NCBI GenBank assembly: GCA_028534125.1
Contig: CM052816.1
Span: forward strand, 93,250,001 to 93,314,000
Direction: 5' to 3'
Source of the DNA: Lama glama
Taxonomy: Eukaryota
Length of the DNA stretch: 64,000 nt
Position numbers and translations under genes: made by a program. The stretch's first letter is position 1. The number at the start of each line of letters is the position of its first letter. A model generated the notes under the pieces. That model was not told the origin of the DNA and did no database searches. It saw only the letters and a list, made by a program, of their open reading frames with translations. This document shows, in pieces, positions 10,791-22,419 of this stretch.

Positions 10791-13479
10791 TAATTGCTGT
10801 TTCTGTGCAATGGGGCTGAGTGTCATTGAGCATCCAGAAATAAGCTTTCAAAATTGGATTTTTTTTTACACTCAAATAACTTGCAAATTGTATAATTCAT
10901 GTAATTTTGTGATAGTTACACTCCGTTAGTGTTTATGTATGTTTTGGAGCCCCAGAGTGGAAACGAATACCATGAAAACAGCTGGAAATTTTTAGGAACT
11001 CATTCAGCAAGGAAGGTCACTGAAGCATCAAGGAGCCAGTGAGGCCCCTTCATGTTCACCTCCACCTCCCTCTCCCCAGCTCCCACCCGCTGAAGGGCAC
11101 TCTGCTTTCTTCTGAATCAGGGACCGAGGGAGGACAAATCAGTTGAATCTTCTGGGTGATGGAGAGAGTCGCTGGCTGCCTTGAACATGGAGAAGACTAC
11201 AGTGAGGGTCTTGATGCCACTGCAGGGTGATAGAGCAGTCTCTTTCCTCTGTCTCCATCCTGATTCATCTTAAACTTTGCACCTCCTGTGGGTCAGACAT
11301 TCTGGTGTGCAGACGGAGTGATGGTGGAAAAAAAAGTCACAGACCCATGATTTCATGGAATCACGGAAGACGACTAGACACAGAAAATAAGCAGTTATTC
11401 AGGCACATAATTTTATATGATCTCAGTTTACAGTTGGATAACCTGACATGTGTGGGTGATACATAGAAAAAGATATAAAGATCGGGAGTTAAGTGCTATA
11501 AAGAAAAACACTGCATGCCATGAGTGAGAGGAACCAGGGAGATGACAGCTATTCAGGGATCACAGATTAGCAGGTAGAAGCCACACTATGTGTCCCCATT
11601 TATTTTTAACTAAGGCCACAGAACGTAACAGCCGTGAGGAGCTACCCTGAGCTGAGGCAGCCACTGTGCCTCTTTGCCTGGCTTTCACTGGTCCTCTGGT
11701 TCCCCTGTGCAGCTCACAGCAGCTGGTGACCCTCTCTGCGCAAGTATAGTTCTTCCAAATTGAGCCATAACTGGGCCATAAGGAAAGACAGCTCTGTGAA
11801 GGTGATGTCTACGTTTAGATCTAAAGGAGAAGGGGAGAGATCTCAGACTCACAAGCACTGGGGACTCACTACTTGCTGCCTGAAGGGAGGAGGTATGCGT
11901 GGTGCCTGATGGAGGAGTGGACCGGAAACCAGCTTGGAGTGCAGGACTTGAGGACGGCTGCTTTCTAAACGATATTGCAAACCTTGTACTGACTGCTGCC
12001 CACTACAGAATAGTGGCTGATGGAAATCGTGTGTTTCTAAGTCACTGGAGCGAAAAGTACCTCTTCGTGTCAAATGCTATCAACAATGGAAAAATCTTGT
12101 AAATAATTTATTCAGCATCAAGAGACACGATGAGACAAATCATAAATGTTTTAATTACATTGCAGGATTCTCCAGGTTAAACAAAATGCAGTGTCAGCAA
12201 TGTCTTTATCAATGATAAATTTTTGTTCAAAGACGTGACATTTTAAAACACTGACATGTTAATGCATCCTGATAACGTAGTTTATAAAATTTTCACAACA
12301 CAGACATTTTAAGTAATTGTAAAAATAACTAAATATATGAATGAGCCATTTCCTCTTAAAGACACGATTTCCCCTTGGTGACAAAGCTGCAGCACAAGGC
12401 AAGTTTTAGAAGTGATTTTTAAAAATTATATTGTGCAACTGATTACTGTTGATGAGTAGCTCCCCGTCAGCACGTCAAAATAATGCCTCTTAATGGAAAA
12501 CAAATGATAAACTTATACTCACAATATGGTCTTCTAGATTGGGTGAAACCAAACAAACAAACAAACAAACAAAAAATCTGGGAGTTTTGGCTTATGATTT
12601 TTTTCCAGTGTTGTGTTCTAGCAATTTTTAAAGTTTATACCTTCTGGTTAATTGACTACTGTCTGCTGAATCCAACATGTATATATATTAAGTGTCCACA
12701 AATATCATCAGTGAAGGATAGAGGAGAATTCAAGGTCAGCTGTAGAATCAGCTCTGTGATTTGGCTAAGACACTGTGAATCCACAAACAGGTTCTCCTCT
12801 GTCCTAAATGGGGACCTCATTCAGTGATGCGCTTTAAACACAGCGAATCTTATCATCGCAAGAGCAGAACGCATTGCTTGCCCCATCTGCACCCTGGAGG
12901 GGCTTTGATGGTTGAGTTCCTCAGCTTGGAAAACTGTAAAACCAAGCAGTCAGAGAGACAGTGATTACAGGTTGAATCCTACTCTCTCCTTTTATTTGCA
13001 TGAGAAGAAATGAAAACAGAGTGACTAGCAGGAAGAACGGAAACTGAAGGATGGAAGGAGGTACCCTGAGCCGGGTGAGATGGTGGATAAGAGTGAGTCA
13101 GGATTTCTTTTCCTCAGAGCCTGTGAGCATTCGGTGATTAGCAATCACTCTAGCAGATCAAGATGATGAATGAGTAATCTCCCCCAAAGTCCTTAAGTGA
13201 GCCTTTAAAAAATAGCTTATCCCCTGGATTTCAAAGTTTTCATTATGAAATGCCAACAGTATTACGATCTAATAATGTAATTTCAATGCCTTAAAGGCTT
13301 TAATCTGAGGTTTTATGGATGTCCTGTCGGCTCCTCCCTCTTAGTAACACCGTAAAGCCGCTGTGTAGATTTGCCTCGTGAGTATTTTTCCTGCGCCTCC
13401 TTTGTCCCTTTTTTGATTTAGGACTCCATTCCGTTTCCCAAGGCTCCGGATTTATGGACAGGCTTAACTGGTTCCAAGT

Positions 13480-13720
13480 TTGAGTTTATGTTGGGTGGGT
13501 GCAGGGCCAAGATTGGGAGGCTCGCCCTCCCTGTGACGTGCATGCCAAGTGCTGTTTTTCACTGGGCCCGCGTCCCTGCTCCCCGCTCTGTGTCCTGCGG
13601 GTGGAGCCGGGGCGCACTGCGCCGCGTGATGCTTTCCCCCGCTCTAGCCGTGTTTTATGGTCACGGTGAGTACCTTTCGTCATTTATTTCCCCGCTTCGG
13701 CTAATATGCATGGCGTTCAC
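13480..13720. promoter_or_regulatory. Local CpG/GC-rich patch, promoter- or enhancer-like
   Basis: Dense CpGs relative to the flanks; TGACGT; GGCGCAcTGCGCC inverted repeat at 13611-13623; ACG|GTGAGT donor at 13666. Confidence 0.35.
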
Positions 13721-14271
13721 ATCGAAGATAGTCACAAACACACTTGCCTGGAAAGCCAATTAGGATTCCCCCCATACTATGTGCAGGAGTCGATTTTAAT
13801 AAGGCCACACAGAGTGTCCGTGGACACTTGAGAAGGGAGAAAGATTGAATGTGGGGGAGGACACCAGCGAGACTACCTGGAAAGTGGTGGAATGGGCAGG
13901 TGTGTGAAGGATTATGAAGCAGAACCTGTGCCCAGCTGAGGCTGGGCGTGGTTTAACATGCACTCTGTTGAACAAACTGGTGGTCCCCCGGTGCGGAGAG
14001 AGGGAGGAGCGGCAGACAGGGGTGGGGAGTGGACCGGGCAAGCTACCGGGTGTAAGAGAGGCTGCAAGGATGTCCTGTACAACACGGGGAATAGCGCCAA
14101 TATTTTGAAATAACCGTTAAATATTATATACAATATAATTAAAAAAAATCTACACGAAGTGTCACCTTGCTTCTCCCAGTCCGCTGTGATGTCGCCATTG
14201 ATAATTCATGCAGATACAGCAAATCCCAGGAGGCCTGTAGGGAAAAAGCTTATAAAACATTTTAGTGTCTT

Positions 14272-14419
14272 GTTTTTGTTTTTATTTTAAGAGCAAGCAT
14301 GCTTACTGCCGATTTGTTTTTAATTTTTATTTATTTATTTAATGGAGGTACTGGGGATTAAACCCAGGACCTTATGCATGCTAAGCATGCACTCTACCAC
14401 TGAGCTATCACCCCCCCCC
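14272..14419 (-). mobile_element. tRNA-Ala(AGC)-derived SINE (camelid Vic-1-like)
   Basis: Minus strand reads GGGG.GATAGCTCAGTGGTAGAGTGCATGCTTAGCATGCATAAGGTCCTGGGTTTAATCCCCAGTACCTCCA followed by an A-rich tail. A and B boxes present. TSD cattttagtgtctt (14258-14271) / catttcagtgtctt (14420-14433). Confidence 0.85.
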
Positions 14420-15894
14420 CATTTCAGTGTCTTATCATTTGAACAGTGGATCGTTTGCATGGACCCAAGAAAATTCTCCTATTCTAGCAAATAGTGAAAA
14501 TGTTTTCAGTGTCTTAGGAACATCATAAATTGCCATTGTTCACATGTTACAACCCCTGATACATTACACCACTGGTCACAAAGATTTATAAGTGGCACAA
14601 ATGAGGGGATTTAAAAAGAAGATGATTGCTGTAAACTGAATCATGTCCTGGGAAAACAAAAATTATGATTGTATTAGAAATTAAAAAATTAAGCATTAAC
14701 TGGAAAATATAGCTAATGAATATATCTTGTTTGCTGTAGCCTATTTTGATTTATTTTTATTTGTTGCTTGTTTTCCTAATCTGTTTCCCCCCATGCTAAA
14801 CCTATCAATAGTCTTCAATGAAAAAAAGCGGAATATGTTGTTTGACCCTTCTTGACACCATGTAAGATTGGAGAATTTACTGACAAATTTGGGCTGAACG
14901 TGGAATAGTGAGGCAACGTTTCTTAGCTTTTGTTAAAGGTGTGGAATCATCGCACATTTAATTATTTTGAATCCAGCTAACACTGACATATTGCACTTAG
15001 ATGTGGTATGCTGTTACTCATACAGATGTGTATTATGTACAATACATTGAACAAGTGGGTCATGTTCTAAAAATCGATGTCTTGTATGTGAGTGAAAATC
15101 AAATAGCTCATTTCAGGAAAATTTAAATCCCTTTTTTAATATAGTATGAATGGGTCTCTAAGCGAATGGTAAAAGAGAATGAGGAAGTATCTGGGAATCA
15201 AATAGACCTTAGCAATATAATTTCATGCCAGCCTCTTCCCAATTCATAAGTAGATCTTGTAGAAGAAATATGACATCAGGCAGAGCCCTGTCGTACTGCT
15301 GCCTGCAGCGTGGGTCTGACCCTTGCTGAAATCATGTCCTCTTGGTTCTACTGGGTCAGTCCACAGCACCTAGTCCCTGTGACAGGAAAGCATTTATGGT
15401 GAGCCGTGGCTCTGTAGGATCTGCAGGCTTTAACATAAATTCCAAGGTGGTTTATCAAATTGTATAGACTGGGGCAAACTTCCGCCACGTTGTGAAACCC
15501 TTAGTTGTGTCTTTACATACAGACCCTTTCCTCTACCTCATTGCCACCTTCAGCCATATCCTTGGCTCTCAGCAGATTGAAATGCTTAAGATGAGACCCC
15601 TTGGAGGAAAACTTGCATTTAGACAGAGAGTCCTAGACTTAAAGAGATGCCTGCTTGCTATGCTTCACTTCAAAAACTATTCTTTAGCCCTTCAAGAAGC
15701 ACAGCCAGAATTTTCACAGAAGCATCTTAATATTGGTGTGGGGCAAAGGTGTTGATCCATGGATATCACGGATTCTTTTTCAAATTTAAGCCCACATTAA
15801 AAGGGGCACTTTGCATCTCACACATGAGACCATGGCAGAAACTGTAGGTTCAAACTCATCCTGGTCTATTTCAACAGAATTATTATTAGTGCTA

Positions 15895-16610
15895 TTTTTT
15901 TAAATTGAAGTATAATCAGTTTACAATGTTGTGTCAATTTCTGGTGTACAACATAATGTCCCAGTCATACATAAACATACATATGTCCCTTTTCACATCC
16001 TTTTTTATTACATATTGAAATAGTTTCCTGTGCTATACAGGAGAAACTTGTTATTTATCTATTTTATACATAGTAGCTAGTATCTACAAATCTCAAACTC
16101 CCAGTTTATCCCTTCCTGTCCCCTTGCCCCTCTAGTAACCATAAGTTTCTTTTCTGTGTCTGTGAGTCTGTTTCTGTTTTGTAAATAAGCTATTTGTGTC
16201 ATTTTTTTTTCAGGTTTCACATATGAGTGATATCATATAGTATTTTTCTTTCTCTTTCTGGCTTACTTCACTTAGAATGATGATCTCCAGGTCCACCCAT
16301 GTTGCTGCAAATGGCATTATTTTATTCTTTTTTGTGGCTGAGTAGTATTCTATTATATAAATATACCACACCTTCTTTATCCAGTCATCTGTCAGTGGAC
16401 ATTTAGGTTGCTTCCATGTCTTGGCTATTGTAAATAGCACTGCTATGAACATTGGGGTGCATGTATCTTTTTGAATTAGAGTTCCTTCTGGTTATATGCC
16501 CAGGAGTGGGATTGCTGGATCATAGGGTAAGTCTATTTTTAGCTTTTTGAGGAATCTCCATACTGTTTTGCATAATGGCTGCACCAAACTACATTCCCAT
16601 CAACAGTGTA
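15895..16610 (-). mobile_element. 5'-truncated, relatively young L1 (end of ORF2 plus 3' UTR)
   Basis: ORF 16210-16452 (MFIAVLFTIAKTWKQPKCP...WYIYIIEYYSATKKN) is L1 ORF2p C-terminal sequence; T-rich tail at ~15895. Confidence 0.93.
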
Positions 16611-17934
16611 ATAATACTATTGTGTTATAAAATGAAAAGTCCAGGAATGCCAAAACCAAATGGCACCTCAGGACAGTAGTTGTAAACCTGAATCTCCCGG
16701 CCTGATTGTTCACTCTATTTGGCACATTATTTTAGATGCTAACCAGCTCACCGAAGGCTCTGCTAACCACAAGCATCTTCCTATATAATCGTGACACTAG
16801 TCACAGGTAATGAGCCTTCCCTACAGCAAAATGTTCGTGGGAAAAATCAGAGTTCTAAACTAGGGTGCTAATGCCCAGCCGTACACACACCGCATCTCAA
16901 GCCCTACTTCCAAGCTTGCTGGGCTGAAGGTTCTGGTTTTCCCAGCTTTGTCATCTACCCGCCCAGCTCAGGCCACTTTGTGGTGGCTGTTATCTTCTGG
17001 GGCACCATAGGAATGGGAGAGTGAGTAACTCTAGGCGCTGGAGATCTGCCTGGGGGACTCCCTCCTCTCTGAGACTACCAGACTCTGTTTACTACCAGCT
17101 GTCTTTCTGGCCACACCCTTTCTTGACCAGTAAGAAGCCTGGGAGATAGCAGGGCGATCAGAGAAAGAGGAACATTTGGAGCCTACAGGCAGGTTCAGTC
17201 TCTGGATCTACCACTTACTTGCTGGGTAAATTTGGCAGTTGATTAGTGTTTCTGGGACATGTTTTCTTATCTGCAAAATGGGTACACAACACCTTCCACG
17301 CGTGAGGCTTTTGTGAGAAACAACAGAGACAAACAACTAGAAAGTGCCCAGGACAAAGGATGGCTCAGCAAAGGTCAGTTCCTTCCCCGACCTGGTTCCA
17401 CGTCAGGTCGTATAAGGAGGGGAGAGGCAGGCTGCTACCACCTGCTGTGAGGACCTTTCTTTCGGAGGTGACCCTGATGCTCAGCACGTGTGGTCCTTCT
17501 GCTCCTCCTCATAAGGCACTCAGCCCAGCCTTTTCTCCATCAAGACCATTCCCTCATTGTTTTCAATTTAAAAGAGAACTGATTTCTTGGGGTTCCTTTC
17601 ATTTTTGAGGGTTAGCCCATGCTTGCCTGTAAGTCAGTTCCAAAGCAAAGATGTCCAGCCACTACAATTTCTCCCTGCGTTGTGTGTCATAAATATCCTC
17701 AGTACGGGCACTAATATGCCGTCTGATGCTGATGTCATTGACACCATAAGCTGTCAAATGAGCTTGCTTTCCCTTTGTGCTTGTTCAGATGAATGAGGCA
17801 GATTATTTCATTCACAAGCCAGCGACCTCTGCGTGAGACTACAGAAGGGAGAAGTACAGTGAGCAGCAGGTGTGGGGGCTGCAAAATCAAAGGTACTGCT
17901 TTTATTTAATTACATTTTAATTTGTTAAAATAAT

Positions 17935-18085
17935 GGCTTTTATCCCTGGCTGTACGTTAAGATCATTTGGGAAGCTTTTAAAAAATATTGGTGCTCAGGT
18001 CCCCCGCCATAGCCTAATAAAATCAGAACGTCTGGGAGCGGGGCCAGGACCTCCTGTTGAAGCACCTTGGGTTGAGAACCACCAC
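17935..18085. mobile_element. MER5-type hAT-Charlie fragment
   Basis: ccctggctgtacgttaagatcatttgggaagcttttaaaaaata...aatcagaa...ggttgagaaccacc. Confidence 0.6.
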
Positions 18086-18684
18086 ATCGAAGTATAAACA
18101 AGTGCAGACTATGAACGACACTCACCAATAAAATAACCGGGAAGCATATTTGTGGCTCAAACGTCTTCGAGCAATTATGTTAATGAAAGAGAGTTGAGAT
18201 GGGGGAAAAACTACTTTTTAAAAAAATAATATTAGAATGTTTCTCACATGAACAATCTTTCAGTGTCAAATTTTCAAATCTTTGTTATATTATTATTGCT
18301 GAAATTTTGCATTCTCTATGAACCATGAAGCTAAGAGATTATTTTTTTAAATTAAAATAATTATAACTATTGGGCTGAGTTTTTATAGGTTTATTGAATC
18401 ATTTGATCTTATTGCCGACTTTATGATGGCATATATATATTAATTATTTTGCCTACCTTTAAGTTAATTGATATTTTAAGATTATCTGTATTTAAGGTAT
18501 AAAACTTGATGATTTGGTTTACATGTACACTGTGACACAATCACCACCGTCAAGTTCATTCACATGTCATCACCTCACGGGATTAACCTCTTTTTTTTTT
18601 TTTCCTGGTTGGGACAAGTGTTATGAAAACATGTCACTGGAGTTTCTTATTAGAAGTGTGGCATCATGCACTACATCAGGATCA

Positions 18685-18825
18685 CTAGATTTTGCTGTTC
18701 ACTCGGATCACCTGGGGATCTTGTTGTAAATGCAGGTTATAGTCAGTAGGGCAGGCATGGGGCCTGAGGCTCAGCTGTCCTAGAAAGCTCCCAGGTCCCA
18801 CCAGGGCTGCTGGCAAGACACCATA
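18685..18825. mobile_element. MER5A-like fragment
   Basis: gatcacctggggatcttgttgtaaatgcagg...ggggcctgagg...aagctcccagg. Confidence 0.65.
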
Positions 18826-18879
18826 TGATACTTCCTTGTGGATTCTGAAGACATATATACACACACACACACACACGTA

Positions 18880-20005
18880 TATTGAGGATTGTCTTGTTTT
18901 CATGGTGAACTGACTCTTTTATTATATGTAATACTTCTCTTTATCCTCGGTAATATTCCTTCTCCTGGTGTTTCTTTGTTTGATCTTAAAAAGCTACTCC
19001 AGATTTCTTTTGATTGTTTTTCTATCCTTTAATTTTCTTTTAAACCACCTGTGCCTTTATAATCAAACTGGACTTCTTGTAGAATTCTGTTCCTTTTAAT
19101 AAAGACAGGTGATATCTGTCTTTTAAAGTGTACAGACCATTGATACTTCATGTACTTATCGACATGATTTGATTTTAAATCTGCCTTCTTACTCGTTGTT
19201 TTCCATTTGTCCCATCTCTTCCTGGTTCTTTTTTTTTTCTCTTTATCCGTCTGCTTCGTTTTTTAAGTATTGTTTATGACTCCACTTAATCTCCACTATT
19301 GACTTGTTACTTACACCTCATTCACTGTCCTTTCTGTTTGGTGGCTGTCCCAGGGGGAGTGGGATGGCTTGACTGACCCCTCAGCTCCACCAGCTGCAGC
19401 CAGGCCTACTCATGACTACTGGGCCCCGCATTCCCTTCTCTGAGAACATTTGCTTTAGAAAACCTGTGATTCCTTTCTCTGAGCCTTTGAGATGTAAATC
19501 TTTCTCAAGGATCTGCGAGCCATTCCGTCGAAATGTAATCGTCAAGAAAGATGGGGCCGTGCCTCCCAGTCTCTGTGGGCGAGTAGGAGCCTAACTTCAA
19601 TAAGCAACGATTTGCCGACACAGACTGCCTCATCACACCAATAAAACCTCTCCCTAAGTCCTTCTCCACTTTTCCATCAGCTCACCCGGCGTGCAAAAAT
19701 CCTCCTGCCTTTTGTTTCAGCAGAGTTCAGTTCAGTCTCCTTCCCTCTAGTGCAATAGTCTTCAGTAGAGTCTTCCTTGCTGTTTTTAACAATCGTCCAG
19801 TGCAATTTTTCTTTTACAAGGGTTTACGATATACACCCTTGCTTGTCACAGTCTACTTTCAAATTGTATCACTTCAGGTATAAGAACATTACAATCCCTC
19901 TCATTCATCCTTCCTGCCATAACTGGTATACGTTTTACTTTTAAATGTGTTATAAGCCCCATAAGACATTGTAACTATCTTATCTTGATCAATTATCTTT
20001 AAGAA
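18880..20005 (-). mobile_element. Ancient L1M fragment interrupted by a solo LTR
   Basis: T-rich antisense L1 sequence (aagctactccagatttcttttg; gtggctgtcccaggg|tttacgatatacacc rejoins across the LTR). Confidence 0.65.
19356..19818 (+). mobile_element. ERV1 solo LTR (MER34/MER39-like)
   Basis: ctttgagatgtaaatc...aaatgtaatcgtcaagaaagat...ctcccagtctctgtggg...ggagcctaacttc; ends ttttaCA; 4-bp TSD AGGG (19352-19355 / 19819-19822). Confidence 0.8.
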
Positions 20006-21749
20006 TGATTAACTGAGCTCCCTAAGAACAGCATTTCTAAATAATATTGTCCTAGATAAATTTTGTAGACTTGCTAAAAGGATCAGTCAGTCAATGGCCT
20101 GAGTGTTGGCTAATGAAATAAAATTATTTTGCAGAAAGTTAAAAAAAAAAAGCCAATTAGAAGCAGAACACAAGTATCACCCCTGCCATCTGACTCCTAT
20201 TCATTTGCACAGATGAAAAACCTGACAAGCAGACACTTCATTGCACGGGGGTGGAGACCTGTTTACAGTCTATGAAAGGGTTATGAGGGCTTTGCGGCAT
20301 TTTCTGTCTCCTAATAACTTCATGTCTGCTGATTTAAATGAATAATTTCTCAGCAAATGCTATTAGGTGTGATGCTTCTAGGTGACATTGAGTTGTCCCT
20401 TTACTCTCCTTCATCTGATCATCAAACATTGCTTTCATCTCAAATCTCCTTTCATTCTAAATTATGGTCACAGAGTCTCCACGTTATGTGTTTATTGACA
20501 ATAAAAGTACTCTTCTTGGAACAATTGTTCATAAAGAATGATCAATCGTTACTCATCAAGACTCTGTTTTTAGACCTAGTTTATAAGGCGGGGATGACAG
20601 GGGAGAAAAAAACCTGTGCTTGCAAAATTAGCTTATAGATGTTTTACCCATAGTGTCTCATTTGTGCCCCAGAACAATCCTGTGAGGTGTGAAGGGTTAT
20701 CTTCCTTTTACATGTGAGAAAACCAAGGTGCAAAATAGGTAACTTGGCCAGGGGCCACGTGGTCAGTAGATGATGCAGCCTTCCTGGCTGCAGCACTCAT
20801 GTTCCCTCCTCTAGGTGCTCAGGATTCAGCGCTGCAGCCCCCATGTTCGTCTCCGCCAGTCCTTATCAGCTCACCATGAAATTCGTCTTGGAGACAGACA
20901 TGTTCTCTCTCACTTACTCCTTGACCTTCAAGTTGACTGGGGTCAGGGAGCTGCCACTGCTCTTTTCTCAGCAGGGCTTTTGCTTTGCTAAATCTAAATC
21001 ACAGGTTGCTTAACTCCAGGAAAAATGATTTTCTATTCCAAGAAAAGGATGACATTAATGTTGGTCTTTCTCATTCTAGAAGAATGTTGTAGAGCGAGAG
21101 GACAGCTGTGTGGTACATGCCATTAAAAATAGAAAATCCCCGATGATGACATTCTCTACAATCAAAGGAAGACTTCTGTGTTAGCTCATCTCACTCTTCT
21201 CTTCATTCACATATATGTTTATGTCTAGAGATTTCCTCAGATCTGAGATTTACAGAATCTTTTTATTAAAGTGTGTTTATCTCTTACACAAAAGGGTTCG
21301 CCTTGAACAGAATGAATACATTGTTTTGAAGAGATTTGAAATGATGCGAAATGATATTCCTTCTGGAATAGCTCCCTGCTGGAGTTTATCTGAGGTTTTG
21401 ATGTATTATGGAGTGAGCCTGCAGCCAAGCAGTTTGGAATTCTTTCCCACTGGTGAGAAGATTCGTATTGAAAGATGGGGAAATGATCTTACGGCAGAAA
21501 TCACGGTTATAAGTTTGACTTACTCCCATTCCCCAAGGTATGGAAAAATGTGATGTGAATTAATCACCCTTAAAGGAAAAACTTCACATATTTTTCTGAT
21601 GCAAGAAAAAAGCAATATGAATTCATAGGCTCAGCAACTCATTGTTCAGACTTATTTTTGAAGCTATGCGGTAAGTTAAGAAAAGAGCAACTCAGACCAA
21701 GTTCTTTTTCCATAAAATTTTAGTACCATTTGGACAATATATTCCCTAT

Positions 21750-21915
21750 TTTTTCTTTTTTTATTGAAGTATAGTTGATTTATGATGTTGTGTTAGTTTC
21801 AGGTGAACAGCAAAGTGATTCAGTTTTATATATATGTATATATATATATATATATATATACACTCACACACACAAATATATATATTCTTTTTCAGAGCCT
21901 TTTCCATTACAAGTT
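21750..21915 (-). mobile_element. Short L1 3'-end fragment with a (TA)n microsatellite
   Basis: ttttttattgaagtatagttgattt...cagcaaagtgattcag...ttccattaca. Confidence 0.8.
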
Positions 21916-22419
21916 ATATATTATAATGTCTTATAATAGCCTGTATTCTCCATTTTTGAACTTGTAATAAAAGTTGCAACCTGGCTGGTTTTTCCTTGTC
22001 CCTGAAGATTCAGTTAAAACTGGTTCAAACCCCATTGTAAGTGCAGTGTTAAGATAAAGCCCAATTTTTTTTTGCAGTTTTTCAGAAGATTCCTGGTGGC
22101 TTTGGCTCCGTCAGCTCTGGCTTTGATTTCTCCATCTTCTTTCCATTTTACTGCTTGTGCCCAGTGCTTCCCTCCCCACTTCAGTGGTTCTTTTCCTTAA
22201 TTTTCCAACTCGAGTTGCATAAGGCTATTGTGTACAGTAGCTTTTGCTGAAGATTTGGGTTACATGGTACACAACATAGTGTAGAAATTAAAACTGAATA
22301 GACGTTGTTCCTATAAAACATGTTTTAGCTACTTTCTACCCCACCTACTTTCTTGCGTCCCACCTATTTTCTTGTTCCTGCTTTCAACCCTCTAATTCCA
22401 ATCAATTTCAGGCACAATT

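Noticed and set aside
11849..12102. Overlapping short ORFs as a possible processed pseudogene
   Set aside because: No recognisable protein similarity, poly(A) tail or TSD.
14343..14416. Functional tRNA-Ala(AGC) gene
   Set aside because: Mutated B box/T-loop, imperfect stems, A-rich tail and TSD indicate a SINE.
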